Part shown: positions 37,642-46,549 of the stretch, piece after piece
Position numbering within the stretch: position 1 is the first letter of the stretch
Layout of the letters: each line of letters opens with the position of its first letter
Assembly (NCBI GenBank): GCA_964513645.1
Contig: CAZENF010000001.1
Coordinates: 135,303-199,302, forward strand
Direction of reading: 5' to 3'
DNA: 64,000 bases
Source: an uncultured Candidatus Saccharibacteria bacterium
GTDB taxonomy: Bacteria > Patescibacteriota > Minisyncoccia > 2-02-FULL-40-12 > GWA2-44-9
The notes under the pieces: generated by a model
What the model saw: the letters and a program-made list of their open reading frames with translations, nothing else
What the model was told of the DNA's origin: nothing
The model's database searches: none
Position numbers and translations under genes: made by a program

Positions 37642-37788
37642 ATTTTAAACGTTCAATTGAGAGATAGGATAACCATATTTCTTACGTATGTCAATGTTAA
37701 ATAGCAAATATAAAATATTTGACTTTTTTACAAAATATTATTAAATTATTAAATCCTCGGGTATCACGCTCTTTTAAAAGGACTTCAG

Positions 37789-38808
37789 ATGAGAAGACCG
37801 ACCAAGCTTTTTCCTGAAATAAAAGAAATAAGATATGAATTTTTACAGCCCAAGACGGTTCCCGCACCCGAATCTGAAAAAAAACCTGCCGCTTCTCAAG
37901 CAAATGAAATACACCGGGTTTATTATGAAGTTTGCGGAAATCCAAAAGGCAAGCCGATAGTTTTTTTGCCGGGCGGACCGGGCGGCGGACTTGAACCGAA
38001 AGACAGACGTTTCTTTGACCCTAAAAAATGGCGCATCTTCCTAATAGAATTACGTGGTTCTGGCAAATCAAAACCTTCCCGTGAACTCGAAAACAACACT
38101 ACTCAACACGCTGTTTCAGATATATTTCAGATCTTAGAAAGAAACAAGATTAAAAGGGCCGCTTTTTTTGGAGGCTCCTGGGCTTCTTGCTTAGCTTCAG
38201 TTTATACCATAACCCATCCTGAAACTGTGTCCGGTCTTGTTTTGAGAGGAATATTTTTAGGAGAAGAAGAAGAGACCGAAGATTACTTTTCCGGCAAATT
38301 GGCAAAAACCGAATACGCAAAGAAGGCATGGCAAAGATTTTTCAATCACGCCAATCCTGAATTAGGCTGGACTACCCAGATGTATTACTACCATCAGATG
38401 AATTCCAAAAAAGAAGCCGACTTCAGGCGGGAATACTTTGCCTATGAGTGGTGCCGATATGAAACCTGCCTTCTTTATCAGAAGCCGAAACCGGAAGCTG
38501 AGATAGAGAAAGAGATCCGAAGCTGCAACTTTGAGGCCTGGGCCCTGATGGAAGCCCATTATTTTGTCCATAATTGTTTCATTGAAGACAGATTCATCAT
38601 TAACAACGCTTCAAAATTCCCCGATGTGCCCGTCAGCATCATCCAAGGCCGCGATGATATGGTCTGTCCGCCAAAGAGCGCCCACCGTCTTCACAAAGCA
38701 TTACCTGGTTCGTCGCTCTATATGGTCAATGCCGGCCATTCTTCAAGCGAACCGGAAATTTTAAAAAAATTAGTCTCCGAGATTGATATCCTTTACGATA
38801 AAATCTGA
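37789..38808 (+). CDS. pip: Prolyl aminopeptidase
   Basis: GGPGGG, RGSGKSKP, FGGSW, LVLRGIF, IQGRDDMVCP, AGHS. Confidence 0.85.
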   Translation: MRRPTKLFPEIKEIRYEFLQPKTVPAPESEKKPAASQANEIHRVYYEVCGNPKGKPIVFLPGGPGGGLEPKDRRFFDPKKWRIFLIELRGSGKSKPSRELENNTTQHAVSDIFQILERNKIKRAAFFGGSWASCLASVYTITHPETVSGLVLRGIFLGEEEETEDYFSGKLAKTEYAKKAWQRFFNHANPELGWTTQMYYYHQMNSKKEADFRREYFAYEWCRYETCLLYQKPKPEAEIEKEIRSCNFEAWALMEAHYFVHNCFIEDRFIINNASKFPDVPVSIIQGRDDMVCPPKSAHRLHKALPGSSLYMVNAGHSSSEPEILKKLVSEIDILYDKI

Positions 38809-38825
38809 TCCCCTGCGGGGGATCA
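38806..38825. terminator. Bidirectional terminator
   Basis: TGATCCCC-TGCG-GGGGATCA between convergent genes. Confidence 0.6.
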
Positions 38826-38826
38826 T

Positions 38827-39849
38827 TTAATTTTTAGTGCTGTAGATTATTTTGCCGTTCTCAAAAACATGGAAAGAATCGTTCTCTTCAGAAACTGTAA
38901 AAATAGTTGTGCCCTTGAAAACATATGAAGCGGTGATCGCGGATAAATGTCGTGAATGGACCTTTCCCCTGAACCCGAACTGTTCAGACAGGTCTTTGAA
39001 TTTTCCAGGATTAAGCTTATCGGCGATAACCCGCGGGCGCAAACCCTCGATAATTATTCCTGAATGGATAATATTGCCGTGACGATCTATCAGGATCGCA
39101 CCGTCAAAATTAACCGTCGTTTCAAAGTCATATTTGTGGGTCTTATAATGCTCGAGGATGTTCTGACGATGCTTTACATATATATCCTGTCCGGAATCGG
39201 GCAGATCGGTAAATTTTCTCCACTTATCCTGCCAACCTAAAATGACAAAAAGACCAAAACCTCTTTTCTGGTTCATCAGTTTAAGGATGAGTTTTGAGGT
39301 TTTTAATCTTAATTTTTCAGGAAATTTTATTTTTGACCGCTGAAAAACGTTTTTTAACTCATAGAGCATCTTTTCGATATCAAGCACCCGGACCGGTTTT
39401 AACCTGTCGACATATTTGGCTAGAAGCCAGGAACTCGACTGAACTTTACCACCTTTACCAATATTAAATATCATTTTTGCGCCGACCTTGCGGCAGGCTT
39501 CGACTTCAGGAATATCATTCTCATTCTTCCTGTCTCCGCCGTTGGCAAAAATATCTGGTTTTATTTTGAGTATCTCTTTAGAAACGCTCATATCCTTCGG
39601 ATTTTTGGGGTGACCGGTTATAACAACCGCATCCACACCGAAGATGGATTCGATTACCTCTTTGCGCTCTTTTTGATGCATAAAAACATGGTTCTTCTTT
39701 TTTTTGAGCCAGTTATCGTTGTTTAATATTACAATCAGCCGGTCACCTAGTTTTTTGGCCTCTTGGAACATCCGAATATGGCCGATGTGAACCGGGTCAA
39801 ATCCACCTGAGACAACGACGGTAGTTAATTTTTTTTCACCTATATTCAT
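38827..39849 (-). CDS. Fusion of a HIGH-family cytidylyltransferase-like domain and a DAC (DisA_N, diadenylate cyclase) domain
   Basis: N-terminal SGGFDPVHIGH, FANGGDR, QSSS; C-terminal FDGAILI, SRHLSA, TVSEE. Confidence 0.8.
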   Translation of the reverse strand: MNIGEKKLTTVVVSGGFDPVHIGHIRMFQEAKKLGDRLIVILNNDNWLKKKKNHVFMHQKERKEVIESIFGVDAVVITGHPKNPKDMSVSKEILKIKPDIFANGGDRKNENDIPEVEACRKVGAKMIFNIGKGGKVQSSSWLLAKYVDRLKPVRVLDIEKMLYELKNVFQRSKIKFPEKLRLKTSKLILKLMNQKRGFGLFVILGWQDKWRKFTDLPDSGQDIYVKHRQNILEHYKTHKYDFETTVNFDGAILIDRHGNIIHSGIIIEGLRPRVIADKLNPGKFKDLSEQFGFRGKVHSRHLSAITASYVFKGTTIFTVSEENDSFHVFENGKIIYSTKN

Positions 39850-39850
39850 A

Positions 39851-40324
39851 TTAAATACTTGTTACCTCCTTAAGGTCGCTTGAAATTATTTCGTCATGGC
39901 CTCTGAACAAAAAATGGCCCTTAAACTTCTTGCCTTCAAGACACAATGGCAGCCAATATTTATCGTCCGGCCACATTTGATCAAAAGGGATCTCTTTGAT
40001 GTCGAACCATTGCGGTTTCATCTCTTCGCTTTCAACAAATTCGCCTGTAAAGTCCGGGGTTTTAAACACGTTAACCTCAAGGATTACCGGATCATTAAAA
40101 AACTCAAAATTTATCACGCCAACCCTTTCAATCGAACCAGTTTTTATGCCCGCTTCTTCATAAAGTTCTCTCCGGGCGGCGTCTTCGAGCAATTCCCCAG
40201 GTTCAACCTTTCCACCGAAGCCGTTCCACCTGCCGGCTCCGAATCCCCTTTTTTTCATACCTAAAAGAACCTGCGTATGCTTATGAACTATACATAGAGT
40301 TAAGATTGTTTTGCTTTTTTCCAA
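39851..40324 (-). CDS. Nudix hydrolase, 8-oxo-dGTPase (MTH1/NUDT1-like)
   Basis: KKRGFGAGRWNGFGGKVEPGE...AARRELYEEAG, MWPDD. Confidence 0.9.
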   Translation of the reverse strand: MEKSKTILTLCIVHKHTQVLLGMKKRGFGAGRWNGFGGKVEPGELLEDAARRELYEEAGIKTGSIERVGVINFEFFNDPVILEVNVFKTPDFTGEFVESEEMKPQWFDIKEIPFDQMWPDDKYWLPLCLEGKKFKGHFLFRGHDEIISSDLKEVTSI

Positions 40325-40325
40325 A

Positions 40326-40814
40326 TTATTCGCGAGGAATATTTAACTTTTTACGCATTATCATAACCAGGACAAAAAGAGTTGTCGACGAAGCGGCAGA
40401 AGTTAAACAATAGATACAGAGTGCTTTTAGGATAAATATCTGAATGCCTAACAAACTCAATGACACCAAAAACGCCGCTGTGGTCATGAGACTTAAAAGT
40501 TTAAGCCAAATATTCCCGCCGTAAAGGTCGTATATATTTACAGCCAAGAAGACCGAGGCATAGAAACCTAAACCCCACCAACTTAAATGAATGCCGGCAA
40601 AAACAGAATATTTACTGGTCAGAACTTTTTCGCAACCGTTAACAATAATACACTTGATAGTACCTCCATAGATCTCATTGAGTATCAGATAGAGAGTGTC
40701 GCCGATGCCGACAAGAGAAACGGCCATGACGGACCATGGCCAAAGCTTAGACGGTTTAACCTGGGTATTATTTTCCGGCGAGGGCTTGATCGATGAGAGA
40801 TTTGAATCCATCAT
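40326..40814 (-). CDS. Vitamin K epoxide reductase (VKOR) family protein
   Basis: C...GCEKVLTSKYS, CIYC; true start probably downstream of the overlap with dsbA. Confidence 0.88.
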   Translation of the reverse strand: MMDSNLSSIKPSPENNTQVKPSKLWPWSVMAVSLVGIGDTLYLILNEIYGGTIKCIIVNGCEKVLTSKYSVFAGIHLSWWGLGFYASVFLAVNIYDLYGGNIWLKLLSLMTTAAFLVSLSLLGIQIFILKALCIYCLTSAASSTTLFVLVMIMRKKLNIPRE

Positions 40815-41409
40815 AACTGGCAGGATTATTTAGTTTAATACCGTTCAAATAGAAGGTCGGGGTCGAATTTACCCCCAGTCCCGCACCTTGCTGATAATCC
40901 TTCTCAACTGCATCGCTGGCCACAGTTGAATCCATGTCTTTAAGGAATTGGTCCTTATTCATGCCAAGAGACTGAGCATAGGAAACAAATTTTTGTTTAG
41001 CTGCGTCGTTAGACAAACTCGCCCATTGATCCTGGTTGGTAAACAACTGGTCTTCCATTTCGTTGAATTTATTTTGCAAGCGGGCCGCCTCGCCTGCTTG
41101 AGCAGCTATTTGGGCGTTCGGATGTATCTGCCTCAATGGAAAATATTTATAAACTATCGTGAGTTTATCGCCATAATCGGAGCGGAGCTGTTTCACGAAC
41201 GGATAATAGTAACCGCAAGCGGGACATTCAAAATCGGCAAACTCAACAAGGACAGCTTTGCCGGGTCCGGACGGCTGGAAACCTTCATCCGTAATTGCAG
41301 GGCCGGGATTATTGGCTTGGTTCTGGCCGTTCTTTATCAGCCAGAAGATACCGAAAAATGTCAGACCAAACACTGCAAGAAGTATTAAACGTGATGTTAA
41401 ATTTTTCAT
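40768..41409 (-). CDS. dsbA: DsbA-family thiol-disulfide oxidoreductase
   Basis: EFADFECPAC, FPL..IH, GVNSTPTF. Confidence 0.88.
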   Translation of the reverse strand: MKNLTSRLILLAVFGLTFFGIFWLIKNGQNQANNPGPAITDEGFQPSGPGKAVLVEFADFECPACGYYYPFVKQLRSDYGDKLTIVYKYFPLRQIHPNAQIAAQAGEAARLQNKFNEMEDQLFTNQDQWASLSNDAAKQKFVSYAQSLGMNKDQFLKDMDSTVASDAVEKDYQQGAGLGVNSTPTFYLNGIKLNNPASYDGFKSLIDQALAGK

Positions 41410-41471
41410 AATGGAGCCATTATAAAATAAAATTACGGTAAATACAAATTAGGTTAAATAAAAACCGAGCT

Positions 41472-42074
41472 TCATTGCTCGGTAAACACTTTGTTTACGT
41501 CTCCAAGAAAGACATCCAGAAATCTTCGGGTCATATTCACAGTAAGTCCATAAACATTTCCAATATCACAGTAAAAATTTTCATAATACTTTTTCAGCAA
41601 ATGATTATATTGATCAAATCCGCCAGAATGCTCATAGCCATATCCCATATCAATATAAAGTTCGGCTACTTCGACGGGTATCTGCGTGAACCTTATTTCG
41701 GCCTGGTCAACACCCCAAAGTCTCTGGCCTCCGAACAAATTTGTCACCACAACCGACGTAACCGTCCTCAAGGGGTATTTATGGGCAGTCAGAAGAAAAA
41801 CAAACGCCTCCGATTCGTCGACAGGTTTTTCACGTATAACGTTGTTATAGAGAACTACCTGGTCCGAAGTTATCAGAATAGCTCTATGCACCGGGAGCCT
41901 GCTTCTAATGGCATTTGCCTTGGCATGAGCCAATTTTGTGACCAATTTGACAGGGTCCTTATGGCGGATAGCCCTTTCATTTATTTCTGCAGGGACAACA
42001 CCGAATAATTTGTGACCCATTTTTTGAAGAACTCTTTTCCTGCCTTCAGAACGTGAACCGAGAATCAGCCTCAT
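41472..42074 (-). CDS. maf: Maf-family nucleoside triphosphate pyrophosphatase
   Basis: LILGSRS..R, AHAKA, ITSDQVV, IREKP, NVYGL. Confidence 0.85.
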   Translation of the reverse strand: MRLILGSRSEGRKRVLQKMGHKLFGVVPAEINERAIRHKDPVKLVTKLAHAKANAIRSRLPVHRAILITSDQVVLYNNVIREKPVDESEAFVFLLTAHKYPLRTVTSVVVTNLFGGQRLWGVDQAEIRFTQIPVEVAELYIDMGYGYEHSGGFDQYNHLLKKYYENFYCDIGNVYGLTVNMTRRFLDVFLGDVNKVFTEQ

Positions 42075-42164
42075 GAACCTCCTCTGGGTTAAAATCTACG
42101 AACGATATATTTTAACACTTTTTAAGACAAAAACAACCCCGCGGGTTTCGCGGGTATAGTCTGT

Positions 42165-42476
42165 TCAGAAAACAGCGAATTTGGACCAGTTTTTTGGGTC
42201 TAATATTCTGCCCACTCGAAGATCAAACCTGTCAGACAAAAGAAGGCAATTAGAATCTGAAACGATAGGCATTATTTTCCAGATTAATTTTTTAGAATTG
42301 AGATCATGCCGACCCTGGACAATAAGAAAGGTATCGTGTTTTTTCTGCCAAGCCACAACGGTCCAAACATCTTCAGGTTTATTTGCAGAACAGATAACGT
42401 CTCCGGGTTTTAATTCCCGGAACTCCATGTCTCTCATCGGCAGACCGATAAACAAGGACTGGCCAGATATTATCAT
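42165..42476 (-). CDS. Hypothetical protein
   Basis: 3' part of the track ORF; start uncertain. Confidence 0.5.
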   Translation of the reverse strand: MIISGQSLFIGLPMRDMEFRELKPGDVICSANKPEDVWTVVAWQKKHDTFLIVQGRHDLNSKKLIWKIMPIVSDSNCLLLSDRFDLRVGRILDPKNWSKFAVF

Positions 42477-42535
42477 ATTTGAAATGATTTTACAAAAATA
42501 CATTTGTATTGTATAAATATGGCTGGAGGTGAGAA

Positions 42536-42712
42536 ATGGTAGGAACGAGAGACGACTACGAAAGAACCGCCACCGCGGTTGCCTGGAGAGTCGCCGCCCT
42601 CGTCGCATTTGTTGCCTGGATAGCAACCGGCTCATTCATGATAGGTCTGGCCTGGGGAGTTCTGTGCATCCCTCTTCCGTGGATGCTAACCTATTTCACA
42701 CGCCATCCCTGA
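42536..42712 (+). CDS. Small 58-aa membrane protein (not in the ORF track)
   Basis: GGAGGTG RBS; MVGTRDDYERTATAVAWRVAALVAFVAWIATGSFMIGLAWGVLCIPLPWMLTYFTRHP; terminator follows. Confidence 0.65.
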   Translation: MVGTRDDYERTATAVAWRVAALVAFVAWIATGSFMIGLAWGVLCIPLPWMLTYFTRHP

Positions 42713-42799
42713 CCGCCCGCCCGCCCGCCGCTAATCCGGCAGGCTTTTTTATTTAATATTTGAAACTATTGACAGATTGAGGTGAAATGTGTTATACTT

Positions 42800-42893
42800 G
42801 GATGGTGCAGAGGCGGTTAGACTCCGTCCTCATGGCTCCCTCGGAGATGCGACCATTTCAGAGTCGCTATCACTCCGAGGGATTTTCTATTTT
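42800..42893 (+). ncRNA. Candidate structured small RNA
   Basis: TTGACA-N18-TATACT promoter with TG extension (42769-42798); GC-rich hairpins ending TCCCTCGGAG...CTCCGAGGGA plus a T-rich tail. Confidence 0.35.
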
Positions 42894-43017
42894 CCATGAC
42901 ATTTCACATTCGCGCTACTACGCTCAGTATTTCGCGACCTTCGTCACTTAACTTATATTTGTTTACATGCCCACAAGAGTGTGCTATGGTGTGGTTGGTA
43001 CTTTTTAGGAAAAATAT

Positions 43018-43209
43018 ATGGAAAATAAGACTACGGAACAGATCGTTCAAGAAATTCAGGCTCAAGCTGATGCTTGTGCAAATGCAAGGCCCTCATTTCC
43101 ATTCTGGTTGCTTTGCAAGCTGATCTATCTTGACATTCGTGGCCGAAAGGTCAAACGTGTTGATCTTTTTCCTCCATATAATATAGAATTTGCCGATTCC
43201 ATCTCATAA
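43018..43209 (+). CDS. Hypothetical protein
   Basis: AGGA RBS; ends at a hairpin shared with secA. Confidence 0.5.
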   Translation: MENKTTEQIVQEIQAQADACANARPSFPFWLLCKLIYLDIRGRKVKRVDLFPPYNIEFADSIS

Positions 43210-43227
43210 CCCCATTTTGGGGTTTTA

Positions 43228-46014
43228 TTATTTTCCATGGCATTTCTTGTATTTTTTCCCTGAACCACACCAACAAGGGTCGTTGCGGCCCGCCTTAACT
43301 TCGCCCTGGCGAGGCGAGCCAGGTTCGGGATGGTCATTTTGAAGCGGCCGATGAGATGGTTCGTTTATTTGAGTTTGATGTGTATGCTGGTCAACGGTAA
43401 CATCCGGCCTGCCCGCCAAAGTTTCAACGACGGCGGGACGACGTTCTTCCATTTTAACTTCGCGTGGTTGCTGCATCATCTGGACCTTGAAGATCGTGTT
43501 GGCAAACTGGCCTTTGACCGAATACTGAAGATTTTCAAACATTTTCTGGCCTTCTATCTTATACTCGATGAGAGGGTCACGTTGGCCGTAAGCCCTCAAC
43601 CGTACCGAATCACGCAAAGATTCCATCGCTTCAATATGATCCATCCAAAGTTCGTCGATCGTCCGGAGAAGGACAAACCTTTCGAGCTGGCGCATCATTT
43701 CCGGACCAAGACTTTTTTCTCTGTTTTCATAGGCCTTAACAACGTAATCAATGACGAAATGCGCGAAGTTATGATGATCGTGGTCACCGGCCGCCTCGAG
43801 AAGTTTAGAATGAAGAGCGTCGTCCTGTCCGATAATAGATTTGAGAGCTTCGGCAATCTCTTCAATATTCCACTCTCCCCCGTCTTCGGGCGCATGAACC
43901 GCAACCATATTATTCACTACATCTAAAATATAGCCCATAACCGTTTCCCGGATATTTTCAGACAACAAAACCTCATGCCGCAAACGATAAACCGCTTCAC
44001 GATGTTTGTTCATCACATCATCATATTCGAGAACATATTTTCTAATATCAAAATTATGCCCCTCGATCCGTGTCTGGGCCTGTTCTATTGCGCCAGATAT
44101 GAATCGATTCTCGATAACATCGTCTTCGCCTATTCCAAGAGTTTCCATCATATTCTTTAAACGGTCGCCGCCGAAAATGCGGATAACATCATCTTCGGTT
44201 GAAACAAAGAATTGCGATGAACCGGGATCACCCTGACGGCCGGAACGGCCACGAAGCTGGTCATCTATCCGGCGGGCTTCGTGTCGTTCGGTACCGATGA
44301 CATGCAGACCGCCAGCCTGTCTGACTTTTTCAGATTCTTCTTTGTCGGGCGGATTGCCGCCCAAAATTATATCGACGCCACGGCCGGCCATATTCGTGGC
44401 CACCGTTACCGCACCCAAGCGTCCGGCCTGGGCATGAAGTTCAGCTTCTTTTTCATGCTGTTTGGCGTTTAAAACATTATGTCTGACGCCTTCCCGGTCG
44501 AGAAGTTTAGACATCAGCTCATTTTTTTCTATTGAAACCGTTCCAATAAGAACCGGCTGGCCTTTTTCATGTCGTTCCTTTGCTTCTCTCGCCACTGCCC
44601 GGAACTTGCCCATTTCGGTTTTGTATATTCGGTCAGCTAAATCATCACGAATTGCAGTTTTGTTGGTCGGAACAGAAACAACGTCAAGACTATAAACTTT
44701 GTGGAACTCTTCAGCGGATGTCCTGGCCGTTCCTGTCATTCCGCCCAATTTTTTATATAAACGGAAATAATTCTGAAAAGTTATCGTGGCCAGAGTTCTG
44801 GATTCTTTCTGAACGCTTACACCTTCCTTGGCCTCAACGGCCTGATGAAGACCTTCAGACCAGCGTCGGCCCGGCATTAAACGTCCGGTAAATTCATCGA
44901 CAATGATAACCTCGCCGTCTTTAACAACATAATCTCTATCGCGCTTGAAAAGTATCTGGGCTTTTAATGCCTGCTCCAGATGATGAACATAACGAATTCC
45001 GCCTTGGTCATAGATATTCGAAAGACCAAGAATTTTCTCAACTTTTTCGATGCCGGCCTCGGTTATGGACACAGCTTTTAATTTTTCATCGACATTATAG
45101 TCGTCATTTTCAACAAGCCGCGGAGTAACCTTGGAGAATGTCCGGTAAAGTTCGGTAGAATCTGTATCGGGAGCAGAGATTATAAGAGGGGTCCTGGCTT
45201 CGTCAATCAAAATTGAGTCAACTTCATCCACTATCGCAAAATTAAATTCACCAGTTCTTTGAGACATTTGCTTAACGTCATAGGCCATATTATCCCTAAG
45301 ATAATCAAATCCATATTCGTTGTTGGTCCCATAAGTAATATCTGCGCCGTAGGATTCTTTTTTATCGACTGGACGTAGAAATTCATGAACAACATGAAAA
45401 CTTCCAATAGTATCCCTTTCTTTATCCAATTCTTTTTCTGATTTTGAATTTTGATTATTAGGATTTTGGATTTGTTTGGAATTTGGCGCTTGGAATTTGG
45501 AATTTGTACTTATATGACTTTCGTCATATAAGTAGCTGGCATCATGATTGATACAACCGACTGTCAGACCCAGAGCATTGTATATCTGGCCCATCCAGGC
45601 CGCATCGCGTCTGGCCAGATAATCGTTGACCGTCACCACGTGCACACCTTTGCCCGATAAAGCGTTCAGATAAGCGGGTAAGGTGGCAACCAAGGTTTTA
45701 CCTTCACCGGTCCGCATTTCGGATATCTTTCCCTGATGAAGTACTATGCCGCCAATCAGCTGGACGTCAAAATGTCTCTGGCCGAGAGTTCTTTTTGAGG
45801 CTTCGCGAACCGCTGCAAACGCTTCCGGCAGAATATCATCCAGAGTTTCTTCTTTATTGATCCGTTTTTTGAATTCTGATGTTCTGGCCTTTAATTCAGC
45901 ATCTGAAAGCTTCTCGTAATTTTTTTCGAGTTCGTTTATTTTTTCTATTACTGGCTCAAGCGATTTAACGTAGCGTTCGTTCGCGTCGCCGAAAATTTTG
46001 CCTAAAAATGACAT
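43228..46014 (-). CDS. secA: Preprotein translocase ATPase SecA
   Basis: MRTGEGKT, IVDEVDSILIDEARTP, ATNMAGRG, QLRGRSGRQGDPG, SEC-C GRNDPCWCGSGKKYKKCH. Confidence 0.98.
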   Translation of the reverse strand: MSFLGKIFGDANERYVKSLEPVIEKINELEKNYEKLSDAELKARTSEFKKRINKEETLDDILPEAFAAVREASKRTLGQRHFDVQLIGGIVLHQGKISEMRTGEGKTLVATLPAYLNALSGKGVHVVTVNDYLARRDAAWMGQIYNALGLTVGCINHDASYLYDESHISTNSKFQAPNSKQIQNPNNQNSKSEKELDKERDTIGSFHVVHEFLRPVDKKESYGADITYGTNNEYGFDYLRDNMAYDVKQMSQRTGEFNFAIVDEVDSILIDEARTPLIISAPDTDSTELYRTFSKVTPRLVENDDYNVDEKLKAVSITEAGIEKVEKILGLSNIYDQGGIRYVHHLEQALKAQILFKRDRDYVVKDGEVIIVDEFTGRLMPGRRWSEGLHQAVEAKEGVSVQKESRTLATITFQNYFRLYKKLGGMTGTARTSAEEFHKVYSLDVVSVPTNKTAIRDDLADRIYKTEMGKFRAVAREAKERHEKGQPVLIGTVSIEKNELMSKLLDREGVRHNVLNAKQHEKEAELHAQAGRLGAVTVATNMAGRGVDIILGGNPPDKEESEKVRQAGGLHVIGTERHEARRIDDQLRGRSGRQGDPGSSQFFVSTEDDVIRIFGGDRLKNMMETLGIGEDDVIENRFISGAIEQAQTRIEGHNFDIRKYVLEYDDVMNKHREAVYRLRHEVLLSENIRETVMGYILDVVNNMVAVHAPEDGGEWNIEEIAEALKSIIGQDDALHSKLLEAAGDHDHHNFAHFVIDYVVKAYENREKSLGPEMMRQLERFVLLRTIDELWMDHIEAMESLRDSVRLRAYGQRDPLIEYKIEGQKMFENLQYSVKGQFANTIFKVQMMQQPREVKMEERRPAVVETLAGRPDVTVDQHTHQTQINEPSHRPLQNDHPEPGSPRQGEVKAGRNDPCWCGSGKKYKKCHGK

Positions 46015-46035
46015 GGATTAGTTATTTTAGCACGT

Positions 46036-46084
46036 TTTTACCCAAGATAAAAGCGGTTTCAAACCGCTTTTATCTTGGGTAAAA
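46036..46084. repeat. Perfect 24-bp inverted repeat with a 1-nt spacer (hpf terminator/secA upstream)
   Basis: TTTTACCCAAGATAAAAGCGGTTT-C-AAACCGCTTTTATCTTGGGTAAAA. Confidence 0.9.
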
Positions 46085-46086
46085 TT

Positions 46087-46416
46087 CTATTTTTTAACCC
46101 GCCGGGAGAGGTCTTTGGCCTTGTTTTTTAATTTTTTTATCTGGACCTGAAGCTCATGTTCGACTTTTGTTATCGCCGAACGCAAGTCAACGTGTTCCGA
46201 TTCCCCTCTCAATAAAACTCCGCCTGTTTTTAAGTTTACCTCGGCGTAGAAAACCGGCCCTTTGCGATGCTGTTCCGAAGGTTTGCCGATCTCGACCCTG
46301 GCTTCCGAATCGTCCTTGCCTTTAAAGAATTTAGCGAGATTGCCGATCTTCGCCTCGACAAAAACCCTTAACGGTTCGTCGAGAGTTATGTTTTTTGTGG
46401 TTATGGATATTTTCAT
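46087..46416 (-). CDS. hpf: Ribosome hibernation factor HPF/RaiA (short form)
   Basis: MKISITTKNITLDEPLR.FVEAKI, FYAEVNL, DLRSAI. Confidence 0.88.
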   Translation of the reverse strand: MKISITTKNITLDEPLRVFVEAKIGNLAKFFKGKDDSEARVEIGKPSEQHRKGPVFYAEVNLKTGGVLLRGESEHVDLRSAITKVEHELQVQIKKLKNKAKDLSRRVKK

Positions 46417-46530
46417 CCCGTACGAAGTAGCCTTTACAGGGTCTGAAGGTCAAACGTTTGCCATTCAAATCCATGCAAAGACTTCACCTATTGTCCCGCT
46501 AAAGTTTTTACTACTTCGTACGGGATTCAT
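46412..46530 (-). mobile_element. Miniature inverted-repeat element on the hpf start codon (114 bp plus duplicated ATGAA)
   Basis: ATGAATCCCGTACGAAGT...ACTTCGTACGGGATGAA on the minus strand. Confidence 0.85.
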
Positions 46531-46549
46531 GCAAATCATTATATTATCT

